Part shown: in pieces, positions 44,680 through 52,728 of the stretch
Layout: the number at the start of each line of letters is the position of its first letter
Numbering within the stretch: position 1 is the first letter of the stretch
Virus record (IMG/VR): IMGVR_UViG_3300045988_180769
Location: 41,942-105,941 of that record
Reading direction: 5' to 3' (one strand)
DNA length: 64,000 bases
Source: a virus
The notes under the pieces: generated by a model
What the model was told of the DNA's origin: nothing
The model's database searches: none
What the model saw: only the letters and a program-made list of their open reading frames with translations
Made by a program: the position numbers and the translations under genes

Positions 44680-45237
44680 TTATTCATGTATTATTGTTCC
44701 TATTCCATATTCATCAATCCTCAGACCATATTCTATAGGAGCTATGATATTATAAAGTTCTCCTTTGTACTCTTCTTCTTTGATTTCGAGCTTCTCTACT
44801 TTCTTATAACAATAATGACTTTTTTCTCTATGCGACATGTGTTCAGCCATATCTTCAATACTACCATCTATCGCATCTTGATTTAATTCATAGCTCCATC
44901 CTTCTATCGTTGTTAAGATTTCGTCATCTTCAAATTCATCTATAGACTTTTCGTTAATGACAGGATACTTTGCTCCTGGAAGATATTTACATGCGAATAA
45001 CTTTTGATCTTTACAATATGTAATGGTGGCATTTGTTTTTGACAACACTCCATTGTATTGCCCTGATACAATCTTTACAGGATAAAAACAAAAGCTCATT
45101 GAAGGAAGATGATACATTTGAATATAGTCTCCTTCTTTAACATCTTTTATTTTAATTTGTTCCCATCTAACAGGTTCGAGTTCATCATCTCCCTTTACGA
45201 GAACATATACTATCGTATCTCCTATATATCCTATCAT
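44680..45237 (-). CDS. free-standing Hint-fold-like protein (185 aa)
   Basis: YIGDTIVYVLVKGDDELEPVRWEQIKIKDVKEGDYI (block A-like) and a C-terminal ELYNIIAPIEYGLRIDEYGIGTIIHE (F/G-like ending HE rather than HN). ATGA overlap with the MuF gene. Confidence 0.5.
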   Translation of the reverse strand: MIGYIGDTIVYVLVKGDDELEPVRWEQIKIKDVKEGDYIQMYHLPSMSFCFYPVKIVSGQYNGVLSKTNATITYCKDQKLFACKYLPGAKYPVINEKSIDEFEDDEILTTIEGWSYELNQDAIDGSIEDMAEHMSHREKSHYCYKKVEKLEIKEEEYKGELYNIIAPIEYGLRIDEYGIGTIIHE

Positions 45238-47207
45238 ACCTCAAAAGTTTTATCTCCAACATATATTTTAACTTTACTTCTTCTCTCGATCTTTCTTTCA
45301 TAGTTTTTAGGAGGAACAAACATTTTCTCTTCATCGCTCCAAACATATCCTTTTGGAGTATATCGAAGTTGACAGCGACAATTACCTGAAATGCAAATTT
45401 TACCATTTCTCCTAATTATCAATGTATGATTCTTCTCAAGTTCAACATCGTAGATGTATCCATTATAATCAATTTCTTTTGGTTGTAATGCTTCACTTAT
45501 GGCTGTTGTATTAAAACATTCATCAATATAAATTTGATCAAATTTGGATGTATATGTTTTTTGATATTTTTTGTCATACACAACAACTTTACCTGTATTT
45601 CGATAAGAAGGTCTTTTACCTATTTTCAAAATAAGTTCACCGATATCGTCAGCCAATCTTGGACTTGAAGTTGAAAATACTCTATTATCTTTACATTTAT
45701 ATCCATCCCAATCTCTTCCTTTGCGAATTGAACCATCTCCTAATCTAAATGCTTCTAAAAAGATTTCAATACATTCTTTATTAAGTTCTTTGATGTTCTG
45801 TGGTATAAACTTATCGTGTGAATGACCAAATTGTTTCATATAATCCCAAAGCTCATCTTGATCACCTCTATAAAGTCTAATTTCTATATAATTGGAGCAT
45901 TTATTTGCATTTGGAAATAATTGAACACAACAATCAAACATTTTTTGCAAATATTTCTCCTTACTTTGAGCGATATGAATTCTTCTGCTACCATATTCCA
46001 CTGTTGATCCTTCAGATAAAAAATATCCCATAAATTCACAAAACAGTTTTGAATCATATTCTCTCTTATCAAAAACAAATGATTTTACTGATTCACCTTT
46101 CCAATTTGGAATACTTCTCAAAAACCTCGTACTTTTAAAGATATCTTTTTCTGTTCCTAAAAACCATTTGAAATTACTTTTAGCTATCACATGATTATGG
46201 TTTGGAGTTGTCATTAAAGAAAATGATTTATGTTCTCTTAATAACATTTTTCCTTCATATTTTTCTTCGATCCAACCTATAGCTTTACACCATTCACCAT
46301 TTCCATCTTCAAGATTAATGGAGAGGAAATTTTCATCTTTATTTAAATCTTTAAAGAATTTAAAACCTTCATTGGTTAGTACTTCTGTTTTATCGTCATA
46401 ACAAAATGGATGTACAGGTCCGAGCGTTGGTTTCCAATTAGCAACTTTTACACCAATATTGTCTCCATTTGCTATTAAATCAATCAATTTGAAAAGCCTT
46501 GGTTTTGTTCCAATTCCTCCAGTTGTATATAATCGAATACAATGTTTACACGCTCCAGGAAAGACCTCTTTGTACACTATTGCTTCAGAACCATGTTCTT
46601 CCATAATAGTTTGTGCCATTCCAATTTGATAAATATCCTGAAGTTCTGTCTCAACTATTCTTCCCCAATCTCTATTCCAATCGTTTAATGAATGACCAAT
46701 ATTACTCACAATATTTTGAACACTCTTTTTCTTTAAAGTTCCTTCAAGAATTTCTTTTTTAATCGTAGAGTGTTCTAATTGTCGCTGTGTCTCCATTAGA
46801 AGGTTTATTTCTTCTTGTGAAACAGCGTTAGTAATAATATCCTTCATTCTTTGTCCCATACTCTTTATATAAGAGTAAGTTCGAGTTGCTGCAGCATTAT
46901 AAACTGCTTTCTCATGTGTAGATAATGTTTTAAACTGTTTTTTATCTATGAACAAAGAAAAGTCATGATAATCTAAAGATCTTAATTGAGATGGTGATAA
47001 AACTGAAGATAATCTTCCAAAAAGAAAAGATTGATAATATGGAGGTATCTTGTGAAGTTCGTTCTTCCAATTGTATCTATTCTTTATCAATAAATCTTTA
47101 TCCTCAGGAGTAAGAAGACCAACTCCAAGGACATCAGCGACAATCTTTGCTAATCGAAAGTCAACTATTGAAAACAACTGTTGTATATCTTCAGGACTAA
47201 ATATCAT
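45234..47207 (-). CDS. minor head protein, SPP1 gp7 / Mu F family, interrupted by an intein (657 aa precursor, 316 aa after splicing)
   Basis: Exteins join to GPVHPF-CRCQLRY, recreating the MuF signature HPxCRC; upstream GACKHCIRLY. Lies downstream of the portal. Confidence 0.85.
   Translation of the reverse strand: MIFSPEDIQQLFSIVDFRLAKIVADVLGVGLLTPEDKDLLIKNRYNWKNELHKIPPYYQSFLFGRLSSVLSPSQLRSLDYHDFSLFIDKKQFKTLSTHEKAVYNAAATRTYSYIKSMGQRMKDIITNAVSQEEINLLMETQRQLEHSTIKKEILEGTLKKKSVQNIVSNIGHSLNDWNRDWGRIVETELQDIYQIGMAQTIMEEHGSEAIVYKEVFPGACKHCIRLYTTGGIGTKPRLFKLIDLIANGDNIGVKVANWKPTLGPVHPFCYDDKTEVLTNEGFKFFKDLNKDENFLSINLEDGNGEWCKAIGWIEEKYEGKMLLREHKSFSLMTTPNHNHVIAKSNFKWFLGTEKDIFKSTRFLRSIPNWKGESVKSFVFDKREYDSKLFCEFMGYFLSEGSTVEYGSRRIHIAQSKEKYLQKMFDCCVQLFPNANKCSNYIEIRLYRGDQDELWDYMKQFGHSHDKFIPQNIKELNKECIEIFLEAFRLGDGSIRKGRDWDGYKCKDNRVFSTSSPRLADDIGELILKIGKRPSYRNTGKVVVYDKKYQKTYTSKFDQIYIDECFNTTAISEALQPKEIDYNGYIYDVELEKNHTLIIRRNGKICISGNCRCQLRYTPKGYVWSDEEKMFVPPKNYERKIERRSKVKIYVGDKTFEV
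45381..46403 (-). mobile_element. 341-aa intein with LAGLIDADG homing endonuclease domain
   Basis: Starts at Cys269 (CYDDKTEVLTNEGFKFFKDL, block A). Also has MTTPNHNH (block B), two LAGLIDADG motifs (FMGYFLSEGS, FLEAFRLGDGS), and YDVELEKNHTLIIRRNGKICISGN followed by +1 Cys. Boundary codons were verified in the DNA (tgt at 46401-46403, aat at 45381-45383, tgt at 45378-45380). Confidence 0.85.
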
Positions 47208-47404
47208 TCTGTTATCTCAATTATTTTATTAACCAAATCCTTCATCATGTTATTTGTTTGAGTAGCAAACATAACTTGTGCCAATCCTTCATATCCACAT
47301 TGCACTTTTGGATATCGAATAGGATCTTTTGTATGATAAACAATGTTCGAAGTCTTCGACATTTGTTTTACATCTATTCCTTTTATGGTTTTAAATGGTG
47401 GCAT
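47204..47404 (-). CDS. hypothetical protein (66 aa)
   Basis: Lies between portal and MuF; ATG checked; 4-nt overlap downstream. Confidence 0.5.
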   Translation of the reverse strand: MPPFKTIKGIDVKQMSKTSNIVYHTKDPIRYPKVQCGYEGLAQVMFATQTNNMMKDLVNKIIEITE

Positions 47405-47407
47405 TTG

Positions 47408-49141
47408 TTATTTCCATAAGTTCTTTTGATAATACTCAATCGCTGGTTGAAGAATAGGATTATCCATTGATTTATACTTATCAAATGGATTTTCTTCTTC
47501 CATTCCAAAATCACCCTCACCTTCTTCTCCTGGAACGCCCTCTTCTTGACTTTGTCCTGGAACAGAAGCTCCAAACATTTGTTGCTGTTGTTCAGTTTGT
47601 TTTGCAGTTTGGTAAACTTGATTGATAATAATATCTTTTTCTGGATCAAATGGCCTTCCTGAATATTTTTGAAAAATATCCTGCATTGCCACCATACCTT
47701 TATCAAGTTTATCCATATCTAATTTTACTTGTGCTTCTTCATCTTCAACCTCTATTCCAGTAAAAGCGAATTCCCAGTCTTCATCAAGTTCACTAACAAT
47801 GTATTTTGTAATAATGTTCTCAAGGAAAATCAATATTGGTTTTAGACCTTTCTCTCTACTATGTTGCAATCGAGCTTTTTGACCATCCTGTCCAAATATT
47901 TGTGCCTGATCTTTAAACTGAAAACCAAGTTCTGTGGGGTCCATTCGATAAACAGCGCATCCTATAATAATCAAGAATTTGAGCCATTCGTTGAACTCCA
48001 TGTCTCGATTGTTCTTTTGAAGATCAATCCATTCCAGATCAATACCATTTATAACAGGTACTCTATGAGAGTTTTGAACTCCTCTCATTGTTTGAGTCCA
48101 TGCCTGTCTAAATTCGTTTAATGTAGAATTAGAGATGTTCTGGTTCTTTACATTCACAAAGCCCTTTGGTTGAGAACCTTGTGAAAAGAAGTTACCATTA
48201 TATTGCATACCCCACAATATCCAAGTAATGATCTCAACAAGTGTTTCAAGTTCACTCGTTCCATAACCATTCTTTCGAATATTAGAAGTTTTGTTTCTTA
48301 TTCCAAATCCAAGTTCCCATGGATAATACAAGATTGATTCTTGTGTCACTGGATTTTTTAAGATCATATCTTCCCATACCATACAATATCTTGGTAGGTA
48401 ACCTTTGAATCGATACTCTTCATAATTATCCCTTTGTCTTGGATCGACTGTATCTAAGAACCTAATCAAAGATGCATCTACAGCTCTAAACTTCTCTAAC
48501 TCCCAATTTCTATTTCGAAGAAGTTCGAATGCTAATTGATCAAGTGTCAAGCTATCAAAAGTAATCTTTCTAATGAAATCTTGAAATCCATCGATATTGT
48601 CCCATTTCTCATTCCAACCACCATTCTCAAGAAATTCGACAATCTTTTCGACCTTTCTCTTATCTTCGTCAGAAAGATCGTTTGCATTCTTTTCTTGAAA
48701 AAGACCTTTTTTCTTTCTTATAGTGTATCCTTCTTTTTGTTCATCTTCTGAGAAATGCAAAAAGTTTTGAACCTGCTCTATTCGAGTATTAACAATAGCA
48801 CGAATGATATAAATATCACCCATCTTACGAAGAGACTCAAAAGAAAGAACACTCTTTTGACTCTTAAATCCTTTACCATTTCCAGTAAAGTCATTTGGAT
48901 CAAAAAAGATTGATTGTATATGCTTTGGTGCCTTATTTACTTCACCAAGATAAACATTCGCTTTGAATATCTCTGTAGGATCATTTGAATTCAATGATGC
49001 CTGTAATTTACTTTGAAATGCCATTGGTGCTGCTTTTTGCAGTCTATCGATTTCTTCTAAAGAAAGATCGGCCAAACTTGTAATAAAATCTGGCCTATCT
49101 ATTCTTTGAGCATTGTTTCTTTTTCTTCTTTTACTTCCCAT
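47408..49141 (-). CDS. portal protein (577 aa)
   Basis: Size, acidic C-terminus and position immediately upstream of MuF. The track start at 49180 is TTG and overlaps the upstream gene; ATG at 49141 (MGSKRRKRNN...) is preferred. Confidence 0.7.
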   Translation of the reverse strand: MGSKRRKRNNAQRIDRPDFITSLADLSLEEIDRLQKAAPMAFQSKLQASLNSNDPTEIFKANVYLGEVNKAPKHIQSIFFDPNDFTGNGKGFKSQKSVLSFESLRKMGDIYIIRAIVNTRIEQVQNFLHFSEDEQKEGYTIRKKKGLFQEKNANDLSDEDKRKVEKIVEFLENGGWNEKWDNIDGFQDFIRKITFDSLTLDQLAFELLRNRNWELEKFRAVDASLIRFLDTVDPRQRDNYEEYRFKGYLPRYCMVWEDMILKNPVTQESILYYPWELGFGIRNKTSNIRKNGYGTSELETLVEIITWILWGMQYNGNFFSQGSQPKGFVNVKNQNISNSTLNEFRQAWTQTMRGVQNSHRVPVINGIDLEWIDLQKNNRDMEFNEWLKFLIIIGCAVYRMDPTELGFQFKDQAQIFGQDGQKARLQHSREKGLKPILIFLENIITKYIVSELDEDWEFAFTGIEVEDEEAQVKLDMDKLDKGMVAMQDIFQKYSGRPFDPEKDIIINQVYQTAKQTEQQQQMFGASVPGQSQEEGVPGEEGEGDFGMEEENPFDKYKSMDNPILQPAIEYYQKNLWK

Positions 49142-49152
49142 CGCTCTTTTCT

Positions 49153-49719
49153 TTATGCAGTCGTACCAGCTTGTGTACAATTGACAACCATTTCTTTGTT
49201 TGAAACATCCTGAACATATGTCACTGAACCAATCTTTTCAGTTGGATCTGCATTCGCTGCCATAGTGATGGAATCATTGTTCACTGTTACATTAACAAGA
49301 TTGGTTGTTGTATAATCAACATTTTCAGGGTCGCCTTCTGGTTCGCCATTAATCGTCTTCTGTCGAGTAGAAACGATCGTTACTTGTTTGGTCTCTCCTG
49401 TATTAACAAAACTTAATGTTGTTGGTGTCACTGTAAAGGTGTATTCAAACTCCTCTTCAATATCTACCAATATTTGAGCTTTATCGTTTAATCCCTCAGG
49501 ATAGGAAAGTAATTTAAAAGGACCAATAAGAGCCCATTCTTTAAATCGACCAATATTATAAGTCATTCCTGGTTCTATGACTATTCCAAGTGATTTGAAA
49601 TAATCCACATCTCCAACTGTGTTTTCTGTAACAAACACATTCAACTGACTGTCAATACCATCAGTAATCACAGTCAGTTGTTTGGAGTTATCTATATTAG
49701 TGAATAAAAGTCTTAACAT
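49153..49719 (-). CDS. hypothetical protein with C-terminal Ig/BACON-like domain (188 aa); paralog of the next gene
   Basis: N-terminus LTVITDGIDSQLNVFVTEN / PEGLN is shared with 49729-50286. C-terminal TFTVTPTTLSFVNTGETKQVTIVS...VVNCTQ is Ig-like. Confidence 0.55.
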   Translation of the reverse strand: MLRLLFTNIDNSKQLTVITDGIDSQLNVFVTENTVGDVDYFKSLGIVIEPGMTYNIGRFKEWALIGPFKLLSYPEGLNDKAQILVDIEEEFEYTFTVTPTTLSFVNTGETKQVTIVSTRQKTINGEPEGDPENVDYTTTNLVNVTVNNDSITMAANADPTEKIGSVTYVQDVSNKEMVVNCTQAGTTA

Positions 49720-49728
49720 GTTAACTTG

Positions 49729-50286
49729 CTACTGTGCTTTCACATTAATAACCTTAACATTATCAATCACATTAGCTTCAATAGATGCCTTTTGTGTCAA
49801 TCCAAGATCAGCTAAAGTGAAGTCAATATTTTTCCACATCTTTCCAGTTACACTCTTCTTATCAGCAGAGACTTCGCCATAGCGAGAGACTGAATCTGCG
49901 AGTGTTACTGATGCAGTAACAAATTGAATCGTCATTACTTTCTTTTGAGGAATTGTAGTGTTCAAAGCAATTGAAAATACATCTCCATTCCAAGATGCTT
50001 TCGCACTTTCAAGATTATTCAAACCCTCAGGAGTAATAATTAATTCAAGTCCTTTTTCATTCGCGAATGCAACGAGTTCTTCGTGAGTTGTCAATTGACC
50101 TGCTTTCCAATTAAAACCCATTGCCAATAATGCAGCTCCAAGATCTTCTTCATCCTTTGCCATCACTTGTCCAGGAGAAACTACTCCTCTGGGAGATTCT
50201 GTGATAAAAATTCTCTTTTGATCGTTGCTACCATCTGTTACTAATGTAACATCAATATCTTGTCCTAAAAATCTATATAGTCTCAT
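49729..50286 (-). CDS. hypothetical protein (185 aa), paralog of 49153-49719
   Basis: VTLVTDGSNDQKRIFITES and PEGLNN motifs shared with the neighbouring gene. Confidence 0.55.
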   Translation of the reverse strand: MRLYRFLGQDIDVTLVTDGSNDQKRIFITESPRGVVSPGQVMAKDEEDLGAALLAMGFNWKAGQLTTHEELVAFANEKGLELIITPEGLNNLESAKASWNGDVFSIALNTTIPQKKVMTIQFVTASVTLADSVSRYGEVSADKKSVTGKMWKNIDFTLADLGLTQKASIEANVIDNVKVINVKAQ

Positions 50287-50298
50287 ATTCTTTATTTA

Positions 50299-50811
50299 TT
50301 AAAGTGCAAAATGAAGTGATTGTAAAACTGAACCATCAGTATCGAGAACATAAACTTGATATGCACCATTCACGTTTCCTTCTGGTACACTCATATCGTT
50401 TTTGATCTCAAAACTGAAATAGTTGTTTGTTGCTTTTAATGTAACGATTGTTCCATCTTCTGAAACTGTACCCATACTCTCAGGAATGTTCTTAAACACA
50501 CAAAAAGCGTTGTCTTTACGAATACAAACCTGAACACCTGCTGCAATAGGTTTTTTCACATTAATCCACAACCAAGGCAGAATATCTTGAATTGTCGAAT
50601 CCCAAGGATATTGTGTTCTATAACTTTCAGGAATGATTGCATTGTATTGTGCTTCATTGTTAATTATTCCTGAATTGGGATCTAAAGAAATTGGCATTGT
50701 TGCTGATTCAGCGATAGCACTTTCCAAAGCCAAAAAGTTGTTTTGTAAACCAGATGCAACTTGTGCTCTTGTTTGTCCATCTGTTATTTGATAAAAATCA
50801 ATTTTACTCAT
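50299..50811 (-). CDS. hypothetical protein (170 aa)
   Basis: The track start at 50838 is TTG. ATG at 50811 forms an ATGA overlap with the upstream stop; has an ITDG motif near the N-terminus like the two downstream genes. Confidence 0.5.
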   Translation of the reverse strand: MSKIDFYQITDGQTRAQVASGLQNNFLALESAIAESATMPISLDPNSGIINNEAQYNAIIPESYRTQYPWDSTIQDILPWLWINVKKPIAAGVQVCIRKDNAFCVFKNIPESMGTVSEDGTIVTLKATNNYFSFEIKNDMSVPEGNVNGAYQVYVLDTDGSVLQSLHFAL

Positions 50812-51149
50812 AGTTTCCAAATTAAATCTTTTGTCCAAACGAAATCATTGTGCCATATATTGTCAGTTGAAAATAGAAATCTATTCATTCTCCATATTCC
50901 TTCTTTTAGCCAAACTCCTACACTACTCCATACTCCAGTCTTCATCAACCAAACTGGAGGTATCGAGAATTTTCCTCCTGAAATCCAATAGTTTCTATTA
51001 TTCCACCTATTATACTCAAGTACCCATCTCTTTATAATGTTTGGTGGCATCTTCATTGAACCACCTGTACTTCCACCTGTTCTAAATGAACCAGGGTCTT
51101 GTTCTGTTCCTATTCGAGAATAAACTCCTGGCAATACTTCATTTGACAT
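50808..51149 (-). CDS. Trp-rich small protein (113 aa) coupled to the holin gene
   Basis: ATG at 51149 overlaps the holin stop (ATGTCAAATGA) and its own stop overlaps the next ATG (ATGA). The C-terminal half has 11 Trp (VWLMKTGVWSSVGVWLKEGIWRM...NIWHNDFVWTKDLIWKL). Confidence 0.55.
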   Translation of the reverse strand: MSNEVLPGVYSRIGTEQDPGSFRTGGSTGGSMKMPPNIIKRWVLEYNRWNNRNYWISGGKFSIPPVWLMKTGVWSSVGVWLKEGIWRMNRFLFSTDNIWHNDFVWTKDLIWKL

Positions 51150-51624
51150 AATCAAAACCCTCCTTCTTTTTTGGTGAGCCATTTTCATCAAAATCTGCTA
51201 AATACTTCCTAATCCTTGCTGGTACAAGTGTTGGGCTTATTTTAGCTGAATTCTCAATAATAGAGATACTTTCTCTTATAATAAGAGCATTACACACAAC
51301 TGATCTAAACCATGTGTATATCTCTACATTTCCTCCTTCAACTGTAAAATTACCTATTACATGTGAAACTATCAACATTCCACTGTAAATAAGTATCTTA
51401 ATAAATATCATTCCAAAGCCTTTACTCGAAAAATCCTTTTGCTTTAAATGATATACCCAACTTATAACAGTGTCTATAATGATGAGAATCATTAAGTACT
51501 TTAAAAACTCCCAATCATTATAGACATATTTTTCAATAAAAGCTGTTACAGAAGCACATGAAAGAGGAACACTGAGTAAAAGTGGCATGTAAAAACTGCA
51601 GATATAGTTCCTGAACTTATTCAT
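51139..51624 (-). CDS. holin (phage_holin_4_1 / LL-H-like, multi-TM)
   Basis: Three to four hydrophobic helices and the C-terminal signature NALIIRESISIIENSAKISPTLVPARIRKYL. Confidence 0.65.
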   Translation of the reverse strand: MNKFRNYICSFYMPLLLSVPLSCASVTAFIEKYVYNDWEFLKYLMILIIIDTVISWVYHLKQKDFSSKGFGMIFIKILIYSGMLIVSHVIGNFTVEGGNVEIYTWFRSVVCNALIIRESISIIENSAKISPTLVPARIRKYLADFDENGSPKKKEGFDYVK

Positions 51625-51632
51625 GTTTATTC

Positions 51633-52649
51633 TTATTTAAGACTTTCGTATTTATTATTAATAGGAAGATAAACCTCAGCCCAACCACCAATTTTTATTC
51701 TATCAACATATCCTTGTTCTATATTTTTTAATCTGATCCAATAATCGTCTTTACCTACAACTTCAAACTTTGAACCATTTTTTGAATCATTTCTTTGAAC
51801 AATCATTCCAACTTTAACATCTTCATGAGAAAGTTTTTGTGGTCTGTCAGGATTCTCTTTTGATTGAGTTTTTATATCCTTCAAATCTGCTTTAGTATTA
51901 TAAACCTTCTTGTTGTTGTATTTTTCTAATGTTTTCACAACTTGCTCTGGAGACACTTGAACATCGCCACGAGTCATTGTATTTTTACTAAACCACTTAC
52001 CTTCTTTTTTAGTAAATGAAATAGCAATGTTTCCAGTTTGAGCATACTTAACATTGATTACACTTCCATCACCAGAATTATCTAATTCTGATTTTGATAC
52101 AAAAGATTGTTTCTCATCTTTGGATGATTTGGATTCTTCTACTTCTTTCTTCCCAGAACTCGTTCCTTTCTTTTTAAGTCTCCAACCTCTCTCAGTCTTG
52201 ACATATAATTTACCACCATATGTCTTTTCTGTTCCAAGTGGAAGAGCTTTCGCTTTTTCGATTGCATCTTTATCTGCACAATTAATCCCTGCAATGCCCT
52301 TAAAAATGTTAAGATCAGTCTCTTTAAATTTGCGACAAGCATTATCGTCAATGGATTTAAATATTCCATCAGGAATATCAACACCTTCAGTTTGAGCTTC
52401 TCTCCAATACATGATACACTTTGTAAGATCTTCTCTTACCACAGTTACAGGATGAAGTGATGCATAATCTGCAGCAGCGCACGATATTTCATATTCATCA
52501 ATTTCTTGTTTCTTAGACTTTTCCAATACATCTCTTGAAAAAGCATCTACTTGAGACTTTGAAAAACTCTCGAGATTATGTTTCTCAATGAAATCTTGAT
52601 ATTCAAGATAAGTAAATTCTTTTTGATTTAAATTAATCATATGACTCAT
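51633..52649 (-). CDS. Lys-rich hypothetical protein (338 aa) sharing a 33-aa motif with the ADP-ribosyltransferase protein
   Basis: IEKAKALPLGTEKTYGGKLYVKTERGWRLKKKG (nt 52161-52268) versus IEKAKKASPVGTEKTWGGKVYIKTATGWKPKGKG at the N-terminus of the 726-aa ORF. Confidence 0.6.
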   Translation of the reverse strand: MSHMINLNQKEFTYLEYQDFIEKHNLESFSKSQVDAFSRDVLEKSKKQEIDEYEISCAAADYASLHPVTVVREDLTKCIMYWREAQTEGVDIPDGIFKSIDDNACRKFKETDLNIFKGIAGINCADKDAIEKAKALPLGTEKTYGGKLYVKTERGWRLKKKGTSSGKKEVEESKSSKDEKQSFVSKSELDNSGDGSVINVKYAQTGNIAISFTKKEGKWFSKNTMTRGDVQVSPEQVVKTLEKYNNKKVYNTKADLKDIKTQSKENPDRPQKLSHEDVKVGMIVQRNDSKNGSKFEVVGKDDYWIRLKNIEQGYVDRIKIGGWAEVYLPINNKYESLK

Positions 52650-52728
52650 TTATTTTAAATTATTGAATTCGAATTCATCGCATAAAAATAGGAATAATAT
52701 CAATCATTTCCAAATTTTCTCGATAATT

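Noticed and set aside
9769-52384. Minus-strand alternative-frame ORFs nested in larger genes (9769-9966, 28307-28567, 30714-30968, 36229-36411, 37246-37440, 45185-45406, 45884-46078, 47383-47706, 52139-52384).
   Set aside because: Each is fully contained in a longer ORF with recognisable domains, and the translations are compositionally biased. No evidence for overprinting.
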